In this document: in pieces, positions 9,932 through 19,720 of the stretch
Layout of the letters: each line of letters starts with the position of its first letter
Position numbering within the stretch: position 1 is the stretch's first letter
From: a virus
Reading direction: 5' to 3' (one strand)
Length of the DNA stretch: 64,000 bases
IMG/VR virus record: IMGVR_UViG_3300033145_002663
Location: 1 to 64,000 of that record
Translations under genes and position numbers: made by a program
The notes under the pieces: generated by a model
The model's input: only the letters and a program-made list of their open reading frames with translations
What the model was told of the DNA's origin: nothing
Databases searched by the model: none

Positions 9932-10538
9932 TCAAGATTATTATGAGCGAGGTTTAGAAACCGGTAAGAGCTGCTATCAGAATTACCGTTGGATACCTGA
10001 GCTCACGATTCCTATGGCCATGGCCATAATCGACTATCTTGACATTAAGCCTAACCAAAAAATTTTGGATTACGGCTGCGCAAAGGGCTTTCTGGTAAAG
10101 GCGTTTCGTTGGCTGCGGCGTGAGGCCTGGGGCGTGGACGTTAGTGAATACGCATTGTCCAACTGTGATTCTGAAGTTCAAGAATATTGCCTGTCTCCAG
10201 TGGATTATGACTACTTCGGTCCTGACCCGGTAGACGTTGTGATTGCCAAGGATGTTTTTGAACATATCTCGTTGACGGTTTTGTCTGATATCGTCAGCGA
10301 GAGGGATTGTCTGATTTTTGCGGTAATTCCCCTGGGGGATAACGGAACATACAGGGCGCCGGCCAACAACATGGACCCGACGCATATTACCTGCATGGAC
10401 GAGGACGAGTGGAAAGCGTTTTTTAATCATCATAACCTGATCGTAGAACAATTCACATTTAAGGTGGATGGAATTAAAGATAGTTATTACGATCAATACC
10501 CAACCGCTCATGGTTTTTTTACTTTGAGGAGGAGATGA
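9918..10538 (+). CDS. Class I SAM-dependent methyltransferase
   Basis: ILDYGCAKGFLV, GVDVSEYA, KDVFEHI; TTG start. Confidence 0.85.
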   Translation: MDFYDQDYYERGLETGKSCYQNYRWIPELTIPMAMAIIDYLDIKPNQKILDYGCAKGFLVKAFRWLRREAWGVDVSEYALSNCDSEVQEYCLSPVDYDYFGPDPVDVVIAKDVFEHISLTVLSDIVSERDCLIFAVIPLGDNGTYRAPANNMDPTHITCMDEDEWKAFFNHHNLIVEQFTFKVDGIKDSYYDQYPTAHGFFTLRRR

Positions 10539-10539
10539 A

Positions 10540-10962
10540 ATGTTAACATTATTTATTTTGAAATCGGGCAGCCCGGATGCTGATCCGAAAAAGACTTTGG
10601 ATTCATTTAACGGTGTGAAGAATTTAGTGGGCCAGGCCACTCTTTTGAATTCATTATCAGAGATTAATGCTGCTGAGAAACCAAGAGACTGGTATTTCGT
10701 TATTTATGACGATGAAATCGTTGGGGACGGCTTGATGCGAGTCCCCTTGGAAAAGGATGGTCAGGTGAGGACATATTGCCCTCTTAAGGTCCACCTAAGA
10801 AATACACAGGCTGATGTGCTTATCTTGTTTAAGAAGAAGGACGGCGCTGTTAGCCAGTCTCCCAGGGTATTCAGGAAGCACGTGAAGCTGTCGGACACGC
10901 TGCTGCCTGCGGATAAAACGGTTAGGTTTGACAAGGTTCTGGATGGGTGGATTAAGGGATAA
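10540..10962 (+). CDS. Short, degenerate GT2-like protein
   Basis: DWYFVIYDDE and SPRVFRK resemble the GT2 DW..LDADE and R.F motifs, but the protein is only 140 aa. Confidence 0.4.
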   Translation: MLTLFILKSGSPDADPKKTLDSFNGVKNLVGQATLLNSLSEINAAEKPRDWYFVIYDDEIVGDGLMRVPLEKDGQVRTYCPLKVHLRNTQADVLILFKKKDGAVSQSPRVFRKHVKLSDTLLPADKTVRFDKVLDGWIKG

Positions 10963-11507
10963 TGATTCAACTCGAGTTCAACAAAACAGATTATCGGCGA
11001 TATATGGGGGCTTTGGATAGGATAGAGTTGTGGTATAAACGGAAGTCGAGGATACTGGATTTTCGAAATGCGGCGAGTTTTCATTGGTTACTGCTCGACA
11101 ATTTGTTTAAGTCAGGCTCGAAATATGGTTATGCCCCGTATCGTCATCGATATGCCGCGTGGAAGAAAACAGGTTTTATGGGCAACTTCTGGCGCTTAGA
11201 CGGAGATCTTGTAAAAAACATTGTTAAGCGTAGCGTAAAAGACGGATGGGTGGTCGGCATCAATGACGTGATGGATCAGGGCGGCAAGTCGTGGTTTGGC
11301 AGGACGGCTACTCATCCCGGACGATTAGGTAAGCCAAAAAGCATTGGGATGTACGCGACGGTCATGGAGTTTGGCGGTGATTTTGGACAGGGCGGAAAGC
11401 ATCCTCCCCGGCCACTGTTTAATCCGACTCGAGAGGAATATGCCAAAGGCGAATGGCCGAAAGAGGGTGCGAAAACATTACAGACTATTAAAGGGGCGTG
11501 GAGGTAA
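10962..11507 (+). CDS. Putative neck / tail-completion (virion morphogenesis) protein
   Basis: C-terminal YATVMEFG...HPPRPLF resembles the HK97 gp10 / morphogenesis family; position before tail genes. Confidence 0.6.
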   Translation: MIQLEFNKTDYRRYMGALDRIELWYKRKSRILDFRNAASFHWLLLDNLFKSGSKYGYAPYRHRYAAWKKTGFMGNFWRLDGDLVKNIVKRSVKDGWVVGINDVMDQGGKSWFGRTATHPGRLGKPKSIGMYATVMEFGGDFGQGGKHPPRPLFNPTREEYAKGEWPKEGAKTLQTIKGAWR

Positions 11508-11510
11508 TTA

Positions 11511-11792
11511 ATGAACTATCCTGATACACAAGAGAGATTGAGAGAGGCTATAGAAATTATAGAAAAGTCTCTTACGACTGCTGTTGGAACCGCTGATTAT
11601 GCTCGACAGGCCAAAGATTGGATTAGAAAATTAACTCGATACTGTTTACATGTTTCTGCTGGAGGTACATTTCGATATTATGGGGAAGGTCCCGGAGCCA
11701 CAAGAAGGTGTATTTTTTGTGGTATGGAAGAAGTTTGTTTTAATCCTGATCCTTCTATTCCTCATTATATTCAATGGCGGCTACCGACATGA
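11511..11792 (+). CDS. Hypothetical protein (CxH...CxxC)
   Basis: ORF fills the gap in the operon. Confidence 0.5.
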   Translation: MNYPDTQERLREAIEIIEKSLTTAVGTADYARQAKDWIRKLTRYCLHVSAGGTFRYYGEGPGATRRCIFCGMEEVCFNPDPSIPHYIQWRLPT

Positions 11793-12022
11793 AAGTCCTT
11801 AACGTACAACCCAAAGACGTCCATGTTATTCTGGAATTACCACACACCGAGCTTATATATATACTCGAGTACTTAAGTGTGTGCGTGGCGAATCCGGATC
11901 GATCGTCATTTAAAGAATTTTCGAAGGCCCGGGACTTCGTGGAACAAGATTTCTTTCAAGGTCTTGACAGGTTATCCGAGGATATAAAAAATGAGTTTGG
12001 ACCCGACAGCACGCAGGGCTAA
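11789..12022 (+). CDS. Hypothetical protein
   Basis: ATGA overlap with the upstream stop. Confidence 0.55.
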   Translation: MKVLNVQPKDVHVILELPHTELIYILEYLSVCVANPDRSSFKEFSKARDFVEQDFFQGLDRLSEDIKNEFGPDSTQG

Positions 12023-12458
12023 TTTTAAAGATTCGATTAAACGGTTTTTCTGCTCCGGATACACCGGAGAACTTACGTTTGATAAATCTTTGAGCAGCCC
12101 GGATTTATTGAACGACAAGTCCGTAGACCGGTGGGTGAATATCGATCTGGGAGAAATCGACAGGGGATATATGTCCACCGTCCCCTTAGAGGTGTACTGC
12201 GCGTCGCGCAAGGACCCTGAAGGATTTAAGCTGGCTCAGTTAACGGACACCATGGTCGATCTGCTGAGCGATACGACAATGACCGATGGCATGAAGCGCA
12301 TCCCGTTTTACCGAAGTGTTCCGTCCGGGCCCGATGACTGGGTGTTGCTCGGATCATTCGTTGTTCAGGACATTATTGAATCCAAGGAGCTGCGCGCTCC
12401 AGACAATACGAAATATATTATTCTGTTCGTAACCCTAAAAACGGCGTCAAAGATATGA
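11991..12458 (+). CDS. Putative tail terminator protein
   Basis: Size and position just upstream of the tail tube gene. Confidence 0.5.
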   Translation: MSLDPTARRANFKDSIKRFFCSGYTGELTFDKSLSSPDLLNDKSVDRWVNIDLGEIDRGYMSTVPLEVYCASRKDPEGFKLAQLTDTMVDLLSDTTMTDGMKRIPFYRSVPSGPDDWVLLGSFVVQDIIESKELRAPDNTKYIILFVTLKTASKI

Positions 12459-12733
12459 ATGATAAAAAGAAAATGTTTTATAACTGCTCAATTTGTGGTA
12501 AGCGAACACTAGAGCGCCAGGAAAATGGGCTGTGGCGATTTATCTTCGGGAGGGACTCGACTCACGGGTTTGCTCCGGTGGATATGATCGTTTACGGGTC
12601 CATTAAAATGAGATGTTTACGGCGCCGGTGCAGAAAAGAAAATCCGGACCACTGGAATATCTTTAACATATTTCCGAACCAAGAATTTCCCTCAATCGGC
12701 TCAACGCCGAATCAATCAACCATATCCGGTTGA
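12455..12733 (+). CDS. Zinc-ribbon protein, Mu Com-like
   Basis: CSICGK...IKMRCLRRRC pattern. Confidence 0.45.
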   Translation: MNDKKKMFYNCSICGKRTLERQENGLWRFIFGRDSTHGFAPVDMIVYGSIKMRCLRRRCRKENPDHWNIFNIFPNQEFPSIGSTPNQSTISG

Positions 12734-12785
12734 AAATCTCCGCAAAAATTTAAAAAAAATAAACCTCGAAAGGAGGTGAAGTGTA

Positions 12786-13376
12786 ATGGCACGCAAGGGA
12801 CCTGTTTGTACAGATACTACCACCATAGCTTTGGGTTTGGCTCAACTTCGAGTGCTGAATTCAGCGGATAACATTGGAAAAATCAATGGTCAGGGTGCGT
12901 CAAGCGATTCTATCGGATCTTTGGCAAACACAAAGTTTATTGGTGGCGCGGATTATTTCGACCTTGAGGGAGGTTTTCCGTTAATCAAGGAGTTCACCAC
13001 TGCGATTCGTGAGTCAGCATCCATGGAGTGCGCTTGGAGAGAACTCACACCGTTTAACGTAGCAATGTCTTACGGCATTGATCCGACTTCCGGATATGCT
13101 GATGCTCATTCCGGAGAAGTCGCTCTGGGCGGAAGAACAGCCCCGGCATACGTTCGGATGGAAGCTTTGTATACCTACCCGGATGGTACCAATACGATGA
13201 ATATTATTTTCCCGCGAGCCCAGGTTAAATCTGCACTTGAGATTGATCTTCAAAGTGAGGATGCGGCTGCGGTTCCGGTTACGTTCGAGTCCATGAACGC
13301 ATCGTCCGATGTTAGCGGCGGTGACGCGGTTTGGGACGATATGCCGCTTGGGAGAATTTATTGGGAAGATGTTTAA
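12786..13376 (+). CDS. Major tail (tube) protein
   Basis: Strong SD AAGGAGGTGA; acidic, beta-rich 196 aa; precedes chaperone and tape measure. Confidence 0.75.
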   Translation: MARKGPVCTDTTTIALGLAQLRVLNSADNIGKINGQGASSDSIGSLANTKFIGGADYFDLEGGFPLIKEFTTAIRESASMECAWRELTPFNVAMSYGIDPTSGYADAHSGEVALGGRTAPAYVRMEALYTYPDGTNTMNIIFPRAQVKSALEIDLQSEDAAAVPVTFESMNASSDVSGGDAVWDDMPLGRIYWEDV

Positions 13377-13407
13377 TCTTTAACCAACCTTAAAAGGAGT
13401 GTGAAAC

Positions 13408-13911
13408 ATGGCGGAGAATCAAGATAGACTCAATCCGCAGATTACGGAGTTTGATATTGGAAATCGTAGTCTGCGGAGCATTACCCTTTATCCCATGTCC
13501 CTGAAGGATGAAAAATTGTTTGGGGATGTTATTCAGAATGCACTGCAAAAATATTTCGAACAGAAGGTGAGCGAGAAAGAAGAGGAGCTTATCGGGTTCA
13601 TTGATTTTTTGTTAAAGCTGATCGAAAAAAACCTGATCAAGATTTTGGGTTTTATTACGGATGAAGAAAAACCTAAAAAGATTTTTGAAGAAATGACAAA
13701 CTATCAGCTTAGCGAGCTGGTTAAATCAATTTACGAAAAGAACTTTGAAGAACCGTCAAAAAACGTGGAGAGCCTTCTCGGGACGATCAAGAGTATGTTT
13801 CTTTCGGGGAGGCTGTTACCACCGTCCTTGAGCGATACGGACAGTACGATCTCAGTCACTTCTATGCCAGAAGTTTCAGAGACGGAGGACTCACCCGAGG
13901 ACAGTTCTTAG
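13408..13911 (+). CDS. Tail assembly chaperone (lambda gpG-like)
   Basis: Between tail tube and tape measure; contains a slippery heptamer. Confidence 0.8.
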   Translation: MAENQDRLNPQITEFDIGNRSLRSITLYPMSLKDEKLFGDVIQNALQKYFEQKVSEKEEELIGFIDFLLKLIEKNLIKILGFITDEEKPKKIFEEMTNYQLSELVKSIYEKNFEEPSKNVESLLGTIKSMFLSGRLLPPSLSDTDSTISVTSMPEVSETEDSPEDSS

Positions 13912-14165
13912 CGCTGTATGAGCATACTCAAAAACGCGAAGAGGTTCGAATGCGGTTCATGATGCACATGCATGGATTTTCATTGAATGAGGATGCAGAG
14001 ATTGAATCGGATCAACCGAAAAAGCAATCCGGCGGGTTCATGTTCCAGGATCCATCGATGTATGAAGACATGACCCAGGAAGAAAAGGAGGCGGAAACCA
14101 AACGAATGATGGGCATGCACAAACAGTGGGCCACCGGTAAGTCGGTGCGTCTGGGAGTGAGCTAA
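13408..14165 (+). CDS. Tail assembly chaperone, frameshifted long form (gpGT-like)
   Basis: -1 frame reads ...RGEPSRDDQEYVSFGEAVTTVLERYG...EVRMRFMMHMHG... with no stop until 14165. Confidence 0.8.
13758..13764 (+). other. Programmed -1 ribosomal frameshift site A AAA AAC
   Basis: In-frame X XXY YYZ heptamer (tcA AAA AAC). The -1 frame is open from here into ORF 13950..14165. Confidence 0.85.
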
Positions 14166-14166
14166 A

Positions 14167-17100
14167 ATGGCTGATAAGACTTTAACGCTGGGGACTGTTT
14201 TTACATCTGATATCTCGCAGGTTATTAGTGCGATCAAACGATTAAGAACTGAGATGCAGGGTCTGAACAGTCGTATGCAGGGTCTTAGTTCTAAAGCTAC
14301 CAGTGCGTCTAAAGCCACTAAGTCCATGTCCACCAGCATGACCAAAGCAACAAAGGATACCAAAAAATTAGGTGAGACCCAACAATGGACCGGTAAGCAG
14401 ATCGGCAAGGTATCCGGTGCGTGGGAGCGTATGAAAGCGGCCATGAAAGTTACCGCGTCATACGGCCTTGCATCCAAGGCCATCTTTGGTATTTACACGG
14501 CCCTGACCGCCGGCACCCAGGAAATCATAAATTTTGATCAGGCATTAAAGAACTTGCAAGCAATTTCCGGTGCGACTGAAGCCCAGGTTTCCGTGATGGG
14601 TGATACCATTAAACAGGTTGCCAAGAGAACAAAGTTTTCTACGGTTGAGGTAGCCGAGGGCATGGTTCTGCTTACCCAGGCCGGTTTCTCCGCTTCCGAA
14701 TCCATGGCCGCGATTCAAGCGGTTGCAAACCTGGCTACCGGCACCTTGACCAGCCTGAAAGTTACGTCGGACCTTTTAACCACAACAATTCGCGCGTTTT
14801 CCCTTGAAGCTACGGAGGCCTCCCGTGTTGCCGATGTGATGGCCAACGCGATCAATAAGTCCAAGCTCACCATTGATAAATTGCGTATCTCTTTCAACTT
14901 TGTTGGTTCAGTCGCGGCTCAGACCGGTTTGTCCTTAGAACAGACCGCCGCGTCCATGATGGTTCTGGCGAACAGCGGTTTGCGGGCCAGCACGATCGGT
15001 ACCGGTCTCAGGCAGGTTCTTGCCCGGCTAATGGCGCCTACCGGTAAATTAAGAGAAGCGTTTGAATCCCATAACATCGAACTGGAAAAAGTGAATCCGC
15101 GCATCGTCGGGTTTCAAACCGCGATTAATAACCTTCTCCCAGTCATGTGGGACAGCAAGAAGGGCGCGGTTGATATGACCAAGGCGTTTGAGTTGTTCGG
15201 ACTGCGGGGATCTCAGGCCGCGGCAATCCTGGTAAAATCATTTGCCGGTACCGAGTATGCGAATATGCTCAGCAAGGTCTACGATGTTGGCGCTGCAGAG
15301 GCCATGGCCGGTATTCAGGCAGAGGGTCTTGGTGTTAAATTAAAGAACCTGGCGGATAGATTTAAGCTGGTTGCGATCGCGGCCGGTGAAGCAGGGGTTT
15401 CCAGCGCGATTGCGCTGCTGGTGGATACTTTAAAGGGTCTTTCCTATGTAATGGAGGCTGTCGCAAAGAACGTTATTGGTACCACACTGATCGGGTGGGG
15501 GGCCTGGTCATTGGTGATTCTGGGGACCGCAAAAGCACTAAAGGTTTTATACAGCTTGATGAAAAGCATGGCAGTTTGGACTGGGTTGAAGGCTGCAATT
15601 AGCGGTTTAGTTTTTCAGTTTACCACATGGAACTCGGTGCTTCTTCTTTCTGGAGCAAGCTTGACAAAATTAAGGGCTGCAGGGATAGCACTTTCATCAA
15701 TGTTTGCGGCTTTGTCGCCGTTAACAAAGTTTGTCTTGATTCTTGGTGCCATGGCCACTGCTTTTGGAGTTGTTGTTAATTGGTCAAAAAAGCATCGGGA
15801 AGAGCTTGAGAAAACTGTCGAGGTTCATAAAGCCGGGATAGGATCACTTCAGCAGCACTCTAAGGCCCTGGAGGATTTGAACGAAAAGCTTGAAGACGGT
15901 GAAGACGTTACCGAGCAGTACAAAGCTACGGTGAAGCGATTACAAAAAGAACACGAGGATCTGGCCAGGTATGTAAATTTTAATACCGCGAGCCATGAAG
16001 AATTAAATCGAGCAATCCAGAAGCTTTCGTTTGATAAATTTCGAAACAGCCTGCCGGATTTAATTAGCCTGATTGCCCTGCAGACAAAGCGGGTTAAAGA
16101 GTTAACTGCCGGTTTTGACGCGTTGAAGGTCAGCACGGACGCTGCCGCCGATGTGTGGATCGACAATGAATTTGCCGGGAAAGCTTCTGTTGAGCAATGG
16201 AAAACAGGGCGCATTGCTATAAATAGTCTTGAAAATGCTAATCAGGACTTAACTTCTCAGTTAGTTCTTTTCGTTAAACAGGAAAAAATCACGATCGATG
16301 AGGCAAAAGAATTAATCACAAAATACTTTGAGACCGAGGGTGCCACGGACAAACTGGCCGATGCCATCAAACGGCTTGAAGATGCAATGGCCGCATTGAA
16401 CAAAGAAACATCGATGGTTAGTGGTGGAGCGTTGCGGAGTATTACTGATGAATACGAAGCCTATTACAAAACCTTAAATGACCTTGAAAAAGCCCGCATG
16501 GTTGTGGCTACCGACACCATGCTTAAAACTCAGAAAAATAGAGCGAGCACGCTTAAGAAAAGACTGCGGGACGAACCGGACGCGGAGCGTTTAATCGGAG
16601 TTGCAAAGGGTGACGAGGCCGCTAAAACCTTATTGAAACAGATTGATAATAATAAAAAAGAAGAATTGAGTTTTCAGGCTTTAATAAATTTCAAGAAAAA
16701 CGCGCTTCGTGAATATGCAGGTGATGTTGACTCACGTTATAGTGAGGATCTTAAAAAGATCGATGAATATTATGAGGAAGAAATTGACAAGGTAAAGGCA
16801 AAGGCGCTTACAAAGGTCAGCGTTGAAAAACTTTCTCAAATAGACAGGGATAATATTAGCAAACAGGCAATTGCTAAAGAAACGGAGTTGAGAAAGAAGC
16901 GCGATTCAAAATTTCAAGAGATGGCCATGAGGCATGCAGGGTTTATGGCGGCGATTGAAGGATCTGTCTCTAAAGTCAAAGAAAAAAAACAAAAGGGAAA
17001 GTCCGCAGCTGAATTAAAGTTAGAGTCCGACAAACAATACTACACGGCTATGGAGAGGGCCAGCGGGGATGCGTTTGAAAAGTTGCGGATGCAGCAGGAC

Positions 17101-18507
17101 AAACAATTGTTGGCGGATCAGAAATGGCTGGCCGCCCGGTTGAAAGATCGCACGAAGTTTAATGAATCCGTGGCTCAGGTGATGGAGAAATACGGCAATC
17201 TTCGAACCGCTCATGAGAATGAAGTGGCGGCTAAATCATTGAAGATTGTAAAGGATCAGGCGGATCAGGCGGCAAAGATTGAAGAGGATAAGGCCAAGAC
17301 TATCCTGGAGGCTAAAAAGAAGATCGCTGTTGGGGATAAGGACGAAACCGCCCGGCTTGCCCAGGAGGAGCGGGATCTTGAGTTAGGATTTATGGAGGAT
17401 CGTTTAAATCGGCACAGGACTCATTATGAGAATTTAAAGATACTTCACGGAGAATATCATTCGAAGGTTAAGGCGGTCTATCAAAAATTGATCGAGGAAG
17501 AAAATAAGGTTGAAGAAAAACGAACGTCCAACGCCGAGTCTAATCATCAGGATCGAATCAATGCGCTGAAACGATATTTCAATGAAGGATTATCCGCCAC
17601 ACAGCTGTACTCGGATAAGTGGCTTGCAATTATGAAGTTCATGCACGAAGAACATATGATCGAAACCCATGATTTTTTGAATCGTATGAAATCCTATTAT
17701 GTTTACTGGATGGACGAACATGAGAAACAGTGGAAGCGCGGAGAGGTTGCGGTTGAAGATTATGTTGCCAGTATTCAGGAGGCCTTTGATCATGCGGCGA
17801 TAACTCTGGAAGAATATAATGAGAGGATGGTTGCTTCAAACGGCACCATGATTGAAGCATTGATGTGGGGTCTCGATCGGGCAAAAGAAAAGATTCAGTC
17901 GTGGCAAGAATTATTCATGAATATTGGGGAAACGTTTGTCGATACGTTCAGCAGCGATGTGACGGGCGCTATATGGGATGTGATTGAGGGAACTAAATCC
18001 GCGGAGCAGGCGTTTCAGGACTGGGCTCGCAGTACTCTTCGCTGGATCGGTGAGATGATCACTAAGCTGTTGATTCAGAAAGCTATTATGATGGCGATGG
18101 GTATGGCCATGGGTGGTAGCTCCCCAACACCGGATACAGGAGGGATGGGGCCTGTAGATTATTCAATGCCTAGAGGTGTAGCTCATGAAGGTGGAATCGT
18201 CGGTGTTACCCCATTTCCCACCAGGATTGTTAATCCTAACATCTTCGCAAATGCCAAAAAAGCTCACGGAGGTCTTGCTCCTGACGAACGCCCTGTCATT
18301 ACAAAAAAGAATGAGGGAATTTTTACACCGGATCAAATGGCAGCATTGGGGCCGGGCGGTACCCGGGTGGAGCTGACCAATATCAATGTCGTGGATGAAC
18401 GGGTATTGCCCAGACTTCTTGCTTCTCCGATGGGGAAGAGCGCAATGTTTAATTTTATGGGTCAGAACGCACCCATGATTAAAAGAATTGTTGGGGGTGG
18501 CCGATAA
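14167..18507 (+). CDS. Tail tape measure protein (TP901 family)
   Basis: 1446 aa; TKFSTVEVAEGMVLLTQAGFS...LANSGLRASTIGTGLRQ core; helical and coiled-coil; C-terminal AHEGGIVG. Confidence 0.95.
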   Translation: MADKTLTLGTVFTSDISQVISAIKRLRTEMQGLNSRMQGLSSKATSASKATKSMSTSMTKATKDTKKLGETQQWTGKQIGKVSGAWERMKAAMKVTASYGLASKAIFGIYTALTAGTQEIINFDQALKNLQAISGATEAQVSVMGDTIKQVAKRTKFSTVEVAEGMVLLTQAGFSASESMAAIQAVANLATGTLTSLKVTSDLLTTTIRAFSLEATEASRVADVMANAINKSKLTIDKLRISFNFVGSVAAQTGLSLEQTAASMMVLANSGLRASTIGTGLRQVLARLMAPTGKLREAFESHNIELEKVNPRIVGFQTAINNLLPVMWDSKKGAVDMTKAFELFGLRGSQAAAILVKSFAGTEYANMLSKVYDVGAAEAMAGIQAEGLGVKLKNLADRFKLVAIAAGEAGVSSAIALLVDTLKGLSYVMEAVAKNVIGTTLIGWGAWSLVILGTAKALKVLYSLMKSMAVWTGLKAAISGLVFQFTTWNSVLLLSGASLTKLRAAGIALSSMFAALSPLTKFVLILGAMATAFGVVVNWSKKHREELEKTVEVHKAGIGSLQQHSKALEDLNEKLEDGEDVTEQYKATVKRLQKEHEDLARYVNFNTASHEELNRAIQKLSFDKFRNSLPDLISLIALQTKRVKELTAGFDALKVSTDAAADVWIDNEFAGKASVEQWKTGRIAINSLENANQDLTSQLVLFVKQEKITIDEAKELITKYFETEGATDKLADAIKRLEDAMAALNKETSMVSGGALRSITDEYEAYYKTLNDLEKARMVVATDTMLKTQKNRASTLKKRLRDEPDAERLIGVAKGDEAAKTLLKQIDNNKKEELSFQALINFKKNALREYAGDVDSRYSEDLKKIDEYYEEEIDKVKAKALTKVSVEKLSQIDRDNISKQAIAKETELRKKRDSKFQEMAMRHAGFMAAIEGSVSKVKEKKQKGKSAAELKLESDKQYYTAMERASGDAFEKLRMQQDKQLLADQKWLAARLKDRTKFNESVAQVMEKYGNLRTAHENEVAAKSLKIVKDQADQAAKIEEDKAKTILEAKKKIAVGDKDETARLAQEERDLELGFMEDRLNRHRTHYENLKILHGEYHSKVKAVYQKLIEEENKVEEKRTSNAESNHQDRINALKRYFNEGLSATQLYSDKWLAIMKFMHEEHMIETHDFLNRMKSYYVYWMDEHEKQWKRGEVAVEDYVASIQEAFDHAAITLEEYNERMVASNGTMIEALMWGLDRAKEKIQSWQELFMNIGETFVDTFSSDVTGAIWDVIEGTKSAEQAFQDWARSTLRWIGEMITKLLIQKAIMMAMGMAMGGSSPTPDTGGMGPVDYSMPRGVAHEGGIVGVTPFPTRIVNPNIFANAKKAHGGLAPDERPVITKKNEGIFTPDQMAALGPGGTRVELTNINVVDERVLPRLLASPMGKSAMFNFMGQNAPMIKRIVGGGR

Positions 18508-19109
18508 TGTATACCATTGCCCCGGCAGAAACGTTGTGCTCATTTGCTCCGCACTGGGCTGAAGACGTTAAGTTGCAGCGGCGATACATTACGACAATTA
18601 CAGAAACCGAAGAAGGGAATGAACAGCGAAGCGGTATTCGCCCAACGGTTGAACATGGACTATCTTTTACGGTTCAGACTAAGAACCAGGCCCAGACGAG
18701 TTATCTGAGAAGGCGTTTGAACAAATATGTAAATCAAGTATGGCATGTACCTATATGGCCATACGAAATGCAATTAACCAGCGAGGCTTCAGCAGGTTCC
18801 AGTGTTTTAAATGTAGACGAAGCAACCTACCGGGAATTGGATCAAATCGGGCCGAGCGGTGAGGTTGTTGAGGTTGTTTTGCATAAAGATTATAACACTT
18901 TCGAGTCCGGGGAAATATTAAGCTTTGATTCGACAACCATTACATTGGATAAGAATTTAGACTCGACATGGGCTCAGGGATCAAAGGTGTATCCATTGTT
19001 TAAAGCAACGTTGGGTATGGCGGTTGACCTGGAAGCGCCGACACAGGAGCATTCGGTAGTGGGGTTGAGTTTTAACGAATCTTTCAGATCAATATCCGGT
19101 GAGGCATGA
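18507..19109 (+). CDS. Distal tail-like protein
   Basis: Follows tape measure; ETEEGNEQRSGIR...WHVPIW. Confidence 0.6.
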   Translation: MYTIAPAETLCSFAPHWAEDVKLQRRYITTITETEEGNEQRSGIRPTVEHGLSFTVQTKNQAQTSYLRRRLNKYVNQVWHVPIWPYEMQLTSEASAGSSVLNVDEATYRELDQIGPSGEVVEVVLHKDYNTFESGEILSFDSTTITLDKNLDSTWAQGSKVYPLFKATLGMAVDLEAPTQEHSVVGLSFNESFRSISGEA

Positions 19110-19720
19110 GTTTTTCTACATTTAAAGACAAGTATGTTTTTCATTTATTTCCGTATTGGACTGAGAATCCGAAAGATTCGTTCGCTCATGGCTTTGAGGA
19201 ATTTGAAGGGTTCGGTTATACGGCAGGTGAAGAGGTTGAAACATACCCGCGCTATCGAACAAACTTGCAATATATTTTTAGAACCAGAGCTAAGATCAGC
19301 GAAGTAAACGATCTGTTTGACAATCGGCTGGGAATGTTGGGGGCTTTATGGTTTCCGTCTTTTCAAAAGGACATTGTTTTAACGTCTGATATTGGATCGG
19401 CGGATCTTAATATCAGCATTGAAGACATCGAGTACAGCACTTTTTATCCTGCGACTCCCGGGACCGGGCGTTATATATTTATTTATGTTAATTCAAATAA
19501 GTGGTTTGCCAGAAAAATAATAGGAGCTCCGTCCTCCACTCTCTTGACCATGGAGTCTTCCCTGGGAGAAGCCGTAACAATGGCAAGGGTTAAGATGGTT
19601 TCAATTTTATATTTAGGCCGATTTGATATCGATGAGATTGAATGGGAGTATGTCACTCCGGATATTGCAACAACAGATTTATATTTTATTGAACTTCCTA
19701 ACGAGTACGCGGACTTATGA
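19106..19720 (+). CDS. Distal tail-like protein
   Basis: Position; RLGMLGALWFPSF...LGRFDIDEIEW pattern. Confidence 0.55.
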   Translation: MSFSTFKDKYVFHLFPYWTENPKDSFAHGFEEFEGFGYTAGEEVETYPRYRTNLQYIFRTRAKISEVNDLFDNRLGMLGALWFPSFQKDIVLTSDIGSADLNISIEDIEYSTFYPATPGTGRYIFIYVNSNKWFARKIIGAPSSTLLTMESSLGEAVTMARVKMVSILYLGRFDIDEIEWEYVTPDIATTDLYFIELPNEYADL

